Part shown: piece after piece, positions 1 to 7,154 of the stretch
Position numbering within the stretch: position 1 is the stretch's first letter
Layout: every line of letters begins with the position of its first letter
IMG/VR virus record: IMGVR_UViG_3300030392_000962
Span: 1 to 40,134 of that record
DNA: 40,134 nucleotides
Reading direction: 5' to 3' (one strand)
DNA from: a virus
Taxonomy: Duplodnaviria; Caudoviricetes
Translations under genes and position numbers: made by a program
The notes under the pieces: generated by a model
Database searches by the model: none
The model's input: the letters and a program-made list of their open reading frames with translations, nothing else
Told to the model about the DNA's origin: nothing

Positions 1-300
1 TACAGTGTACATGACTGTATACAGCCGTCCATGACTGTACAACCATGTACGTGTATACACTGTAACCGCCTGATACATGCAAAATTCTGGCACGGGTATC
101 TACACATATATAATAGCTTCGCCAAGCCCTGCCCCCCTCGTGCGCGTGTGCGTGGGATCGGGATCCGGATCGGGATCCCCACCCCCCAAGACAGTGTACT
201 CCGGGAGAAGACTTCTAAAGATTCTCTGTTTCATGTAATCGATGTACATGTATACACAATTGTACATACGTGCCATGTCGTGCCAGGCCATATCAGCTGA
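1..300. repeat. Low-complexity non-coding region rich in TGTAC/GTAC, with 4x 6-bp (G/C)GGATC tandem repeat at 154-177
   Basis: CATGACTGTA at 10-19 and 30-39; many TGTAC/TGTATAC; gggatc-gggatc-cggatc-gggatc at 154-177; no ORF with an RBS. Confidence 0.7.
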
Positions 301-407
301 TTTGGCATTGGTCTGTCAGTCGAGGCTATATGGATCGCCTGACTGCGCCCACCATGTCTGTCTGTGCCTCAGTCACGTGGCTACATAGCCAGATCATAGC
401 TAAAGAC

Positions 408-436
408 TTGACAGACCATTGAAAGTGTGGTTCCAT
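408..436 (+). promoter_or_regulatory. Putative sigma70-type promoter for early module A
   Basis: TTGACA-17 bp-TTCCAT with TG upstream of the -10; the -10 is weak; lies ahead of the first early gene. Confidence 0.4.
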
Positions 437-491
437 GATCCCCGTAGCTGACAGGCGTCTAGGTTGGCTACCAATCTACATAGGGAGATGC

Positions 492-710
492 ATGATGGAA
501 GTTAATATCGAACGAGTCACCATTGATGGGAAATCCCATACGGTTTGTCGGAGCTGTGCTGATGCGGTTTACGATCATGGGGAATTCTGGGAACAGAGTG
601 AGGGTGAACTGGCTAGGAATGTTTTGACTACAGCGGTGATGGATGGAGACAAGTATCCAGTTCACGCTTGTTTGGCACAAGACGGATGTAAATGCCGATG
701 CCAAAAGTAG
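492..710 (+). CDS. Small Cys-rich hypothetical early protein
   Basis: RBS AGGGAG before ATG 492; CxxC and C-terminal CxCxC. Confidence 0.7.
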   Translation: MMEVNIERVTIDGKSHTVCRSCADAVYDHGEFWEQSEGELARNVLTTAVMDGDKYPVHACLAQDGCKCRCQK

Positions 711-765
711 GTTAAGTGTTGCTAGAGCAATCAACCAAGGTTGATTGCTCTGACGGTTACTTAAC
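711..765 (+). other. Intergenic long hairpin
   Basis: Arms AGAGCAATCAACC (724-736)/GGTTGATTGCTCT (739-751) plus outer GTTAAGT/ACTTAAC; no U-tract. Confidence 0.75.
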
Positions 766-781
766 TAGCAGGGAGTGAGTG

Positions 782-1114
782 ATGGGACATAGACCAACAC
801 ATCGTGGACATAGGGCACCAACGCCATATGTGCCATACGGTACCAGGCCTGATAGCGACATACCTGCTATCAAGCGAGTCCACAACTCGACGATTAGAGT
901 CAATAAAATTCGCAATAGGGAGCAGTGGGCCTGGGCAAGTGGGAAACGGCTTGCCAGTATCAAGCCCAAACCAGTGCAACCGTGTGCTGAATTCAGGGGA
1001 AGATTCCATAGGCGCAACGGCGCATTGTGTTGTGGGTATGTCCATTATAAGAATGTTTGTTATCGGGTTGTGGGTGGGATTAAATCCCTCCTTCCCTGTA
1101 AACATCAAGAATAG
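782..1114 (+). CDS. Hypothetical basic early protein
   Basis: AGGGAG RBS before ATG 782; fills the gap between two hairpins; no recognisable family. Confidence 0.45.
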   Translation: MGHRPTHRGHRAPTPYVPYGTRPDSDIPAIKRVHNSTIRVNKIRNREQWAWASGKRLASIKPKPVQPCAEFRGRFHRRNGALCCGYVHYKNVCYRVVGGIKSLLPCKHQE

Positions 1115-1282
1115 TTTCACTCGCTCTGATTATTAAATCAGATCGCCCGTGAGTGGAACCGAATTGGTAAGCGTGCGCAGCCTTGGTATACCTATGCCAT
1201 TTTGATTATCGATGCCATGATTCCAATGGGATTATGACATGGGCAATCAAAGCCCAAATCTCAATGGAAGGGGGAAACACAA

Positions 1283-1501
1283 ATGGCAACACGACACACA
1301 TGCGGCGGTCCTGTATTTGGACGGTTGACCGCTGGCTGTATCCGTTGTGATGAATTGATAGGTGGTGCGGATCCTGTACGCTGGAATGGGCCCACACAAC
1401 GTGAAAAGGATGAGGCATACAGACTATGGTTAGCACGATTGAAGGCACATAACTGTCAGCTTGAGAATTGCGGTCCAGTTTGTACAGCATTTGATTATTA
1501 A
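1283..1501 (+). CDS. Small Cys/His-rich hypothetical protein
   Basis: GGAAGGGGG RBS; HxC..CxxC..HxC..CxxxC pattern. Confidence 0.7.
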   Translation: MATRHTCGGPVFGRLTAGCIRCDELIGGADPVRWNGPTQREKDEAYRLWLARLKAHNCQLENCGPVCTAFDY

Positions 1502-1563
1502 CCACACACAGTTGAACGTGATGACCAACATCACACTAAATCTTGACGGTAGGAGTGTATCAA

Positions 1564-1797
1564 ATGGGCACTAACGAAACATATATAGATCGGGTTGACC
1601 TATTGGAGTACTGGCGTATGAGTAGCGCCTATATGCATACACGGTATGGTCGTATGCTATGGACGGCCGACCACTACACAAAGCGCTACTTCCTAAGCTC
1701 TAGAGATACCGGATACCGCGTGTATGAATCTGAGCTTAATCTCCATAGAACAAGAGTCTACAAGAGCTTAGATAGAATAATTAATACATATTCATAG
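1564..1797 (+). CDS. Hypothetical protein, paralog/allele of 35132-35383
   Basis: AGGAG RBS; YIDRVDLLEYW...RMLWTADHY aligns with YIDRVQLTAFW...RMYWATDRY. Confidence 0.75.
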   Translation: MGTNETYIDRVDLLEYWRMSSAYMHTRYGRMLWTADHYTKRYFLSSRDTGYRVYESELNLHRTRVYKSLDRIINTYS

Positions 1798-1833
1798 TTA
1801 AGACCTTTAGATACTGATCTCAGCTATTAATAC
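1796..1833 (+). repeat. 38-bp sequence identical to 35378-35415
   Basis: AGTTAAGACCTTTAGATACTGATCTCAGCTATTAATAC in both places, each directly after the homologous small gene. Confidence 0.95.
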
Positions 1834-1853
1834 ACTAGGGAGTAAATGACAAC

Positions 1854-2534
1854 ATGACATTAACAGAGAAACCACAAAAATACTGGTGTTTAGCGTCTAC
1901 GCCTAAACTTATGACATTAGCAGAAGCGCACAAAATTGCACACAGTCTGGGCAATGCTTCCAAAATGCCTGGCAAAACCTATGGCCTACCAGCTAAGGAA
2001 TGCAGTGTTGGTGGACGATTACGCAATGTTGAGAATAGCGTGTGTTTCGGATGCTATGCACTCAAGGGCAGATACATAATGGAGAACGTCCAGACGGCGG
2101 AATATATACGCCTGGACAGTATCACGCATCCATTATGGGTAAATGCTATGTCCGTCCAGATCAACCACTATTGTAAACGTGTTCCCTTCTTTCGGTGGCA
2201 CGATAGCGGCGATCTGCAAAGCTTAGAACATCTACAAAGGATAGTTGAAGTAGTAAAGCTTACGCCTAGTGTCAAGCATTGGTTGCCAACAAGAGAATAC
2301 AAGATCGTCAAACTATACAGGGATTTATACGGTGCATTCCCTAGCAATTTAGTAGTGCGGTTATCTGGTCACATGATAGATGAGCCGCCGCCTAGTGGCT
2401 ATGGATTGCCAACGTCCACTGTTGTTTCTGATCACTCAGAAACGTGCCCGAGCCGCCAACAAGGTAATGAGTGTGGCGATTGTAGGGACTGTTGGGACCT
2501 TGACGTTATCAACGTATCCTACGCCAAACATTAG
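1854..2534 (+). CDS. Phage GP88-like protein (Cys-cluster, radical-SAM-like)
   Basis: SKMPG..LPA..C..C..CYA, FRWHDSGD, HWLPTRE, NLVVRLS, C-terminal CP..CGDCRDCW. Confidence 0.8.
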   Translation: MTLTEKPQKYWCLASTPKLMTLAEAHKIAHSLGNASKMPGKTYGLPAKECSVGGRLRNVENSVCFGCYALKGRYIMENVQTAEYIRLDSITHPLWVNAMSVQINHYCKRVPFFRWHDSGDLQSLEHLQRIVEVVKLTPSVKHWLPTREYKIVKLYRDLYGAFPSNLVVRLSGHMIDEPPPSGYGLPTSTVVSDHSETCPSRQQGNECGDCRDCWDLDVINVSYAKH

Positions 2535-2565
2535 ATCAACCACATAGCAGTTAGGAGTTTGAATT

Positions 2566-2775
2566 ATGTACACAGTTACTAATTATAAAACCAAGAAATC
2601 ACTCAAGGTTGCGGTAGCAGCCGGAGAACGTGTCACCTACTACCAGCCTGGGCCATTCGCCGGAAACGAACCTGATAATGGTACGATTTTCTTAGAGGGG
2701 CCACACTATCCCGAAGCTCACAAGTGGTACGCACAGGCTACCGTTAAGGACGGCGCAATCACAAAAGTTAAATAG
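2566..2775 (+). CDS. Conserved small phage protein
   Basis: AGGAG RBS; NYKTKKxLK..YQPGPF..EGPHYPxxHKWYA motif recalled from phage hypothetical proteins. Confidence 0.85.
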   Translation: MYTVTNYKTKKSLKVAVAAGERVTYYQPGPFAGNEPDNGTIFLEGPHYPEAHKWYAQATVKDGAITKVK

Positions 2776-2776
2776 T

Positions 2777-2838
2777 TTTGGCTACCGTGACAGTACTCGA
2801 CACTTGATCTAGGTCGAGTACTGTCCTGGGCAGCTAAA
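2777..2838 (+). other. Intergenic long hairpin
   Basis: Perfect 13-bp arms GACAGTACTCGAC (2789-2801)/GTCGAGTACTGTC (2813-2825) plus an imperfect outer stem. Confidence 0.75.
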
Positions 2839-2869
2839 TCCTTACAGTTCAGTTGAGGAGCAATGACAA

Positions 2870-3214
2870 ATGAATGATCTAGATACCAGTAAATTTAGGA
2901 CCAGGAACCTAATGTTGCTAGAAGATAGACGTGATCACGCCGAGGATCTCAAGAATCGTGGATACGTAGGTACTAAGTGGGAACCACCTGGCTCCCTCGA
3001 TATGTCCACCTGGGACATTGCCACGACCACTGTGATGACAGGCTGTGAGTTACTAAAATTTATGAGGCTACGATCTGAAAAAACGAGTGCCTCTGAACAA
3101 GTTCTTTTAGAGAAAATCCAGGGGTTAATATCGAATGCGCGTGTAGGCTACGTGGTGCGATGGCGTGTAGACATATTCACTGATCAATATTTTGAAATCG
3201 AACGTGTTAGCTAA
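2870..3214 (+). CDS. Hypothetical early protein
   Basis: GAGGAG RBS within the repeat leader; 114-aa ORF. Confidence 0.75.
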   Translation: MNDLDTSKFRTRNLMLLEDRRDHAEDLKNRGYVGTKWEPPGSLDMSTWDIATTTVMTGCELLKFMRLRSEKTSASEQVLLEKIQGLISNARVGYVVRWRVDIFTDQYFEIERVS

Positions 3215-3246
3215 AAATTACAGTTCAAGTAAAGGAGCAATGGCAA

Positions 3247-3510
3247 ATGAGTAACTTAGCTGGTTGTAAACTCAGTTCGGAATGTAGCTGTACTAAGTGT
3301 GTTGAGATCGATTGGGACGCACCATGTGTGAATTGCAATTTGCCTCAGCGTGAGTGTTGCGGTTGCCATGAGGACGAACACTATGACTATTGTGAAACAG
3401 GCATTGCGGAAGCACGATTCTTCAATGAGCGAGATAAATTTCTCCAACGCCGCAAGCAATTCCGGGAGTTCGATGCGGGACTCTGGCGCAACTGGGCCTC
3501 GGAAAGCTAA
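3247..3510 (+). CDS. Cys-rich hypothetical early protein
   Basis: AAGGAG RBS; multiple Cys clusters. Confidence 0.7.
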   Translation: MSNLAGCKLSSECSCTKCVEIDWDAPCVNCNLPQRECCGCHEDEHYDYCETGIAEARFFNERDKFLQRRKQFREFDAGLWRNWASES

Positions 3511-3588
3511 TCAAATGATGGCATCGAGAGTGATGATGATCCAGTATCTATCAGCGATTAATCCTTGGAGTTCAGTTAAGGAGATGGC

Positions 3589-3879
3589 ATGACAAAAATA
3601 ACAGGTGGCAACTCACTGGCGAGGATAGCTCGTAGATTTATTGCAGGGTTGCGGGATGAATTAACGTGTGCGGAATTTGATGCCATGCGTATATCAAATT
3701 CCGCAAGAACCAGTAATCGATTCTGTTACTCGCACGATTATTGCGATGCAGACATGGTAATGATGGAATCAATCCAAGCGGTTGTGGGTAAAGGCGACAT
3801 AGATATCCTAGGTGACAACTACGTAAATATGAGAAATAGTGCATGGCTGCTTGCTAATCAAATGATGGAAGCGAGGTGA
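3589..3879 (+). CDS. Hypothetical early protein
   Basis: AAGGAG RBS; CxSHDYCDAxMxM motif recalled from phage hypothetical proteins. Confidence 0.8.
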   Translation: MTKITGGNSLARIARRFIAGLRDELTCAEFDAMRISNSARTSNRFCYSHDYCDADMVMMESIQAVVGKGDIDILGDNYVNMRNSAWLLANQMMEAR

Positions 3880-3933
3880 TAACGACACACATTCCGGTAG
3901 TTAAGACTTTACAGTTCAAGTTAAGGAGATGAC

Positions 3934-4287
3934 ATGGTATACGAGATTCAAATGATAGTTGAGGGCCAGTGGACTAACGAAATTGGAGAATCTATCGAGT
4001 TCGATACTGAGGATGCCGCATGGGTTGCAGTAGCTGGACTCAAAACACTGGGCGAGGATTGGCAGGCGGCTGAATATCGTGTCTACGAGATTCAAAATCC
4101 CTCGCCAGGCAAAAAAGAAAATTTAAAAAAATGTGAGTCCTGCGAGGCGACAGATCCACACACTTCTGCGACTGCCGTACGATATCCAATTAACTCAGAT
4201 TACCGTGGGTATGAAATGTGCGAGGAGTGCGCTACAGAATACGACGGGGCGGTACTAGATATTCCATCAGAAGAGGTGCAAGCGTGA
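3934..4287 (+). CDS. Hypothetical protein with C-terminal CxxC..CxxC; allele of 39885-end
   Basis: AAGGAG RBS; aligns with the translated 39885-40134. Confidence 0.8.
   Translation: MVYEIQMIVEGQWTNEIGESIEFDTEDAAWVAVAGLKTLGEDWQAAEYRVYEIQNPSPGKKENLKKCESCEATDPHTSATAVRYPINSDYRGYEMCEECATEYDGAVLDIPSEEVQA
4042..4165 (+). repeat. Repeat matching the window end (4042-4073=40011-40042; 4087-4165=40056-40134)
   Basis: Direct comparison; constant offset of 35,969 bp. Confidence 0.97.
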
Positions 4288-4347
4288 GAATAATTACAGT
4301 ACGCGGGAACATAACGCCCGGCAAGATCCGGGTGCGTGGCAAAATTG

Positions 4348-4809
4348 TTACAGTGCCTCGGCAACGCCCCTCGCCAAAAGTTTAGCCGCCTCAGAATCTA
4401 TCTCAGAGCCCCGATCATCGGGGCTCTGGTGGTTCTGGGCCACTTCGCCAAGATCGTCGCTCTCTGGGGCATCTGGAGCCTCTGGGAGCATATCAAACGG
4501 CCCCGGCTCACCCGCCTCCGGCAGTGTATCGGGCATGGTTAGATATTCAGCCGACTCTGCTAGAACCGGGATGCCGAGAGCATCCCAATGCGATTCCTGT
4601 TCAAAGACGTCCATATCTGGCCACGAATCACCACGACTGAGCATACCTGAAATATGCAGATTCATATTCCGAGTCGAGATGCCGTCCAGGCAAAATTTGC
4701 ACTCTGAATTAATCATCACGCCGGGATAGCCGGGATCAGGGAATTTTGCCGTCCCTTTGCCTCGACAGTACAGACATGGTTCTTTTTTATCTGCGTCAGG
4801 GACTGACAT
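4348..4809 (-). CDS. Hypothetical protein, N-terminal CxxCxGxG..CxxCxxG zinc finger, acidic tail
   Basis: GGAGG RBS before ATG 4809, overlapping the terS end; CLYCRGKG...CKFCLDG. Confidence 0.7.
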   Translation of the reverse strand: MSVPDADKKEPCLYCRGKGTAKFPDPGYPGVMINSECKFCLDGISTRNMNLHISGMLSRGDSWPDMDVFEQESHWDALGIPVLAESAEYLTMPDTLPEAGEPGPFDMLPEAPDAPESDDLGEVAQNHQSPDDRGSEIDSEAAKLLARGVAEAL

Positions 4810-5305
4810 TTTCACCCTCCGGTAATTCTGGCTGTTTGGCTCGCTGAACAAGCACCTCGAGGTCGGCCGCGTCCATATTTTCGAGATGAACGTGAAGGTG
4901 GTTCTGGGTCCCGCCGGGATCATCGTCCCACAGCCGCGTATGCTGTCCTAGAAGTTTCAGACTCTGAGTAGCGGCATCGGGTTTGAAGTAGCGGCGGCCG
5001 TCGGGGGCCTCCTCGATTCCCATAGCGGTATCGACATTTTGCTGAAGCCTCGCAATTACGTAGGTACGGGTCACTGCGGCGGCCCGCTCCTGCTCTGCCT
5101 GAAGCTCCGAAATACGGGCGGCAATTTTGGAATCCTTCAGCAGAAGGTGCGCTCGTGTATCGTAGCGCGGTATCCGCCGTCCATCAGCGTCGGTAGCCTC
5201 ACGGCCGTAAGCCGTAACATATGCGCGATAGCCGTTACCGCCGTTGACTGCATACTCCTGAGCGAATTTTGCTTGCTTCAGCGTGAGCTTCTTATGGGTT
5301 GACAT
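4796..5305 (-). CDS. terS: Terminase small subunit
   Basis: LTxKQxxFxxEY..NGxxAYxxAY..AxxLL..IxxRIxEL..V+xxL..LxLLGxH pattern typical of phage TerS. Confidence 0.85.
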   Translation of the reverse strand: MSTHKKLTLKQAKFAQEYAVNGGNGYRAYVTAYGREATDADGRRIPRYDTRAHLLLKDSKIAARISELQAEQERAAAVTRTYVIARLQQNVDTAMGIEEAPDGRRYFKPDAATQSLKLLGQHTRLWDDDPGGTQNHLHVHLENMDAADLEVLVQRAKQPELPEGENVSP

Positions 5306-5313
5306 AGTCACGC

Positions 5314-5342
5314 ATAATAGCACACGTACAATCACCCTGCAA
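5314..5342 (-). promoter_or_regulatory. Putative promoter for terS (near-leaderless transcript)
   Basis: TTGCAG-17 bp-TATTAT with extended TG; ATG 8 nt downstream and no SD. Confidence 0.55.
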
Positions 5343-5380
5343 TTGAGGCTTTCTGTGTGTCTGCAATACGGTGACAAGAT

Positions 5381-5410
5381 TTGACACCACCTGACGCACT
5401 GTGATATCAT
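5381..5410 (+). promoter_or_regulatory. Putative sigma70 promoter, divergent from terS
   Basis: TTGACA-18 bp-TATCAT with extended TGn. Confidence 0.65.
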
Positions 5411-5470
5411 CTCTTTGTATCGGAATGGCTGCCGGTGCAGAATAAATTTTAGCCGCAGCGGGAGAACTGA

Positions 5471-6034
5471 ATGGAAAATTTAAGCAGGGCGGAGCAGGAG
5501 CAGAGGGCAGGGCGGTTCACTGATCACGCTAGGTGGCGTGATTTACGAAACTGCTCTAAAAAATATCGACTACGGCTGGTAGCGCGAGAGGTGCGGATAG
5601 AGCGGTATCGCGCCGAGGGGCTGCTAGCGAAACTCGTCAGGGAAATCTACGAGGCATCGAAACTGCACGACATAATGCCTATCCCTGCCGATGAGATCGG
5701 CGAACTGCTCGTGGCATACCTCGACAGCGCAGACGGCATTCAGGATCGACAGTTGCTGATGGATCACGGCCAGCCGACCGAGTTGAGCCGGGTGGAAATC
5801 GACAACATAATTTATGCGCTGGTATCGCACCGGGCCGAGGCCGAGGAAACATCCGGCGAGGAGGAAATGCATCTCGACAATTGCTCGTGCGAGATGCGGC
5901 ATGTGCCGTCGATTACATCCAGCGGCAAAAGAAATTTAACAATTCTTCAGATCGACGGCACATGCTACACCAACGGCGTGAGGGCCGGAGAAGGTACGCG
6001 ATGGTCGAGAAAATCTAAGGAGGAGGAGAACTAA
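5471..6034 (+). CDS. Hypothetical protein
   Basis: GGGAG RBS; 187-aa ORF heading a coupled operon. Confidence 0.65.
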   Translation: MENLSRAEQEQRAGRFTDHARWRDLRNCSKKYRLRLVAREVRIERYRAEGLLAKLVREIYEASKLHDIMPIPADEIGELLVAYLDSADGIQDRQLLMDHGQPTELSRVEIDNIIYALVSHRAEAEETSGEEEMHLDNCSCEMRHVPSITSSGKRNLTILQIDGTCYTNGVRAGEGTRWSRKSKEEEN

Positions 6035-6211
6035 GTGGAACAGACACTACCCGCGAAACGAATCAGGATAAACGTGAGCACCTCGACGAAGGGTGTACAT
6101 ACTTATGAGGTGACCGTGGACTATGCCGATGCGACTGCCGAGGAGGTACTCGCAGAATCTGATCGGCTAGTCGCAGAGCTAGACCGCCGCTACCCGGCGG
6201 TGCTGTCGTGA
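6035..6211 (+). CDS. Small hypothetical protein, 58 aa (not in ORF track)
   Basis: AGGAGGAG RBS, GTG start; MEQTLPAKRIRINVSTSTKGVHTYEVTV...ESDRLVAELDRRYP; GTGA overlap with the next gene. Confidence 0.8.
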   Translation: MEQTLPAKRIRINVSTSTKGVHTYEVTVDYADATAEEVLAESDRLVAELDRRYPAVLS

Positions 6212-6387
6212 AAATCGTCGAGATCGGCTACAGCCGTACGATAAATCTTGGCAATTACGAGAGCGCCAGGATCGAGGCACGGGCATCAATAGATTCAGAC
6301 GAAGATCCTGCTGAGGCGCTTCTGGAACTTACTCGGTGGGTCCGAGACGAAATCGAAAAACGACCATCTGGAAGGAACGGTGAATGA
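6208..6387 (+). CDS. Small conserved phage protein, 59 aa (not in ORF track)
   Basis: RTINLGNYESARIE motif; GTGA and ATGA overlaps with neighbours. Confidence 0.8.
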   Translation: MKIVEIGYSRTINLGNYESARIEARASIDSDEDPAEALLELTRWVRDEIEKRPSGRNGE

Positions 6388-6578
6388 AACTTTATACGAT
6401 TCCCGAGGTAGCCGAGTACGCCGGCTTGAGCGTTGCGACCGTGTACAGGGCGATGCGATCCGGCGCACTGGAGTATGTCCAGTTGACCGCCGATAAGCGG
6501 CGCATTAGGTCGGATATGCTAAAAAACTGGATCGAAACAGGCAGAGTAGGGCGGGAGGTCAAGAACGATGACAATTAA
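6384..6578 (+). CDS. Excisionase-like helix-turn-helix DNA-binding protein
   Basis: LYTIPEVAEYAGLSVATVYRAMRSGAL..RRI..LKNWI, an HTH_17-type pattern. Confidence 0.85.
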   Translation: MKLYTIPEVAEYAGLSVATVYRAMRSGALEYVQLTADKRRIRSDMLKNWIETGRVGREVKNDDN

Positions 6579-6852
6579 ACACGATGCAACATCCGAGAAA
6601 CTAAACGACGTTTGGAGCAAGGGACTCGCAGAGGACGAGTACGAATTCATGCAGAATGGCGGGTTCGCAGCCGCGCTGATCATCACAGACGGCCTGTACG
6701 GCATCATCGAAGAGACGGTGCAGGGATTTGTGGACTACGAGGTCTTCGCTACAGAGACGGCGGCGCGAGATCGCTGGGAGGACCGGGTCTCGATCTGGCA
6801 TGGAGAATTTTATCCCGAGGCGGCGGCTATAGACTCGGCGGCGGAGGACTGA
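6568..6852 (+). CDS. Acidic hypothetical protein
   Basis: GGAGG RBS; last gene of the plus-strand operon. Confidence 0.7.
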   Translation: MTIKHDATSEKLNDVWSKGLAEDEYEFMQNGGFAAALIITDGLYGIIEETVQGFVDYEVFATETAARDRWEDRVSIWHGEFYPEAAAIDSAAED

Positions 6853-7135
6853 ATCTCTGAATGATCAAGGGGGTGCCTTCTCCCACCCAGGCACCCTCTG
6901 TATTGAATTGGAAGAATTCTTCTGCTGTTTCATGGGGATCTTCACCGGGCTCGCAACCCTCTTTGAACTCTTCTGTGAGTATTTCGATACAGGTATCTCT
7001 ATCGTATATTGCTACCGGGCCTTTGTACTGCTGGTATCCGATACCGATAAATGCGTCGTCGAGATTGTCGAACAGCAATATCTCCTCGTCGGGATAATGT
7101 TCGTCTATCCAGTTGTTTATTCGATCTCTGGTCAT
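6827..7135 (-). CDS. Conserved phage hypothetical protein
   Basis: DxLDDAxIG..AxYD..EIL..AEEFFxFNxEGAWVGExTP motif; ATGA overlap with the MTase stop. Confidence 0.85.
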   Translation of the reverse strand: MTRDRINNWIDEHYPDEEILLFDNLDDAFIGIGYQQYKGPVAIYDRDTCIEILTEEFKEGCEPGEDPHETAEEFFQFNTEGAWVGEGTPLIIQRFSPPPPSL

Positions 7136-7154
7136 TGCCACACAGCCTCAAATT
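7132..7154. repeat. 23-bp direct repeat, copy 1, flanking the methyltransferase
   Basis: TCATTGCCACACAGCCTCAAATT identical to 8094-8116. Confidence 0.95.

Larger units (their letters stand above)
2842..3936 (+). repeat. Start-associated repeat TTACAGTTCA(A)GTtaAGGAG..ATG, 4 copies (2842, 3218, 3569, 3909)
   Basis: Near-identical 25-30 bp leaders directly before four consecutive genes. Confidence 0.85.

Noticed and set aside
2842-3936. Regularly recurring repeats as a CRISPR array
   Set aside because: The intervening sequences are 300-370 bp genes, the repeats contain SD sequences, and there are no cas genes.
4042-4165. Diverged repeat pair as a diversity-generating retroelement TR/VR
   Set aside because: Mismatches are not adenine-specific and no reverse transcriptase is encoded.
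4284-4385. 33-aa GTG-start ORF after the 3934 gene
   Set aside because: Very short and overlaps the convergent 4348-4809 gene; cannot be supported.
6384-6578. Excisionase implying an integrated prophage
   Set aside because: No integrase, att site or host genes are seen; this HTH family is also common as a general regulator.
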